Assembly: GCA_014728175.1 (NCBI GenBank)
Contig: WJMA01000062.1
Location: 6,914-70,913, forward strand
DNA length: 64,000 nt
Source: Candidatus Fermentibacterota bacterium
GTDB taxonomy: Bacteria > Fermentibacterota > Fermentibacteria > Fermentibacterales > JCC-6
Reading direction: 5' to 3'
The notes beneath the pieces were generated by a model that saw only the letters and a list, made by a program, of their open reading frames with translations, was not told the DNA's origin and did no database searches. Within the stretch, counting starts at the first letter, position 1; each line of letters starts with the position of its first letter. Position numbers and translations under genes: made by a program. This document shows, one piece after another, positions 63,340 to 64,000 of the stretch.

Positions 63340-64000
63340 ATGATGACACCCACTGAACGCATCGGTAGGAAAAGACCGCAAGTAGTAGCAACAGCCTTAA
63401 CCGTGGGAATTCTGCTCATCGGGGCATGCGGCAGAGGAGGTGGCTCGGGCCCGTCATCTATAGAGATAAACGAGGAGCCGGGAACGCTCATCGGCGGCAG
63501 CATGGCCTTCGACGGAACCCACATCTGGACCATGAGCATCACCCAGGGATTCGATACGAATGCCGTCAGGAAGATCATCAAGATCAACATGAACGGTGAG
63601 ATAGTCGATTCCTTCCAGCCCGACGAAAACATCTCCGGGGATCTGTGCTTCGACGGAGAGACCCTGCGGACCGGCTACGCTTTCGGCTGGGAGGCGGGCG
63701 CCGTGTACGCCGATCACAAGGCCATCTATGCGATCGACCCGGAGACGAAGGAGCTCACGAACGAGTTCAGCCTTCCCGAGTTTTTCGATGACCTCGATGG
63801 TCTTACTGCTACTCCGGGTACTCTGTGGGCGATGGTGATGAAACGCGATGAAGAAAGGGTAAGAGTCGAGTACCTCTACAAGATCGACCTGGTAACCAGA
63901 AGAACCCTGGAGAAGTACGAGTTCACGGAATTCAACAGCTGCACCGGAATCGCCTTCCTCGACGGGGACATCTGGGCCCTCACCGGAACCTTCTCCAAAG
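63340..64000 (+). CDS. Hypothetical lipoprotein (5' partial view; runs off window end)
   Basis: ATG at 63340 preceded by GGAGGACACC. Lipobox ILLIGACG. Open reading frame continues to window end without a stop (not in ORF track). Confidence 0.5.
   Translation, partial: MMTPTERIGRKRPQVVATALTVGILLIGACGRGGGSGPSSIEINEEPGTLIGGSMAFDGTHIWTMSITQGFDTNAVRKIIKINMNGEIVDSFQPDENISGDLCFDGETLRTGYAFGWEAGAVYADHKAIYAIDPETKELTNEFSLPEFFDDLDGLTATPGTLWAMVMKRDEERVRVEYLYKIDLVTRRTLEKYEFTEFNSCTGIAFLDGDIWALTGTFSK

Noticed and set aside
1-64000. CRISPR arrays, tRNA, rRNA
   Set aside because: No regularly spaced direct repeats, no cloverleaf-compatible conserved tRNA boxes in intergenic regions, and no rRNA-like conserved blocks were seen on reading.

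Overview
High-GC (~60–65%) bacterial chromosomal window, gene-dense, mostly minus-strand. T9SS-type C-terminal sorting domains on two secreted proteins, a DUF5916-like protein, a gingipain-like C25 peptidase and the promoter style suggest an FCB-superphylum lineage. This lineage call is inference.

Map:
- 1–7.7 kb: conserved translation/RNA-processing operon rimP-nusA-infB-rbfA-truB-ribF-rpsO-pnp, with a sigma70-like promoter and an attenuator-like terminator in the leader.
- 7.9–15.4 kb: translationally coupled envelope-glycan operon. It encodes two OMP-like hypotheticals, a CBM48-like lipoprotein, an orphan MalK-type ATPase, WecA/MraY-family transferase and a 1016-aa O-antigen-ligase–TPR fusion.
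- 16.3–17.1 kb: decayed ISL3-family insertion sequence with recognisable 15-bp terminal inverted repeats.
- 17.1–26.7 kb: der-plsY followed by an ABC-transporter-dependent glycan locus (wzm, wzt, YdjC/HpnK-like deacetylase, GT9, HpnJ-like B12-radical-SAM, GT2, WbaP-type initiating transferase).
- 26.8–35.2 kb: NifX-like/RGG protein, sigma54 activator, second O-antigen ligase, GAF protein, 7TM-GAF-PP2C phosphatase, hisS, PAS-GGDEF cyclase.
- 35.4–48 kb: a DOMON-like lipoprotein next to a flavin reductase, C25 peptidase, Zn-ribbon protein, MscS, a frameshifted Asp/Glu racemase, GNAT, small OMP, TPR hybrid histidine kinase, then a four-gene cluster of three further DOMON-like lipoprotein paralogs plus a beta-barrel OMP.
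- 48–64 kb: S9 peptidase, sulfatase-like hydrolase, OMP, ABC/FtsX (MacB/LolCDE-like) exporter with LolA-like protein and TetR, T9SS cargo, DUF5916-like protein, hypotheticals.

Most notable:
1. Two ~140-bp MITE-like elements with terminal inverted repeats GGGACGTTCCT…AGGAACGTCCC flank the sulfatase gene in direct orientation. Their TIRs share GGGACGTTC with the IRs of the decayed ISL3 element, and a solo-TIR remnant sits at 39.07 kb.
2. A paralogous family of four DOMON-like (putatively heme-binding) lipoproteins, three of them clustered with a small OMP and one paired with a flavin reductase.
3. An HpnI/HpnJ/HpnK-like GT2 / B12-rSAM / YdjC trio embedded in a Wzm/Wzt glycan export locus, with no hopanoid cyclase nearby.

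No rRNA, tRNA or CRISPR arrays were detected.
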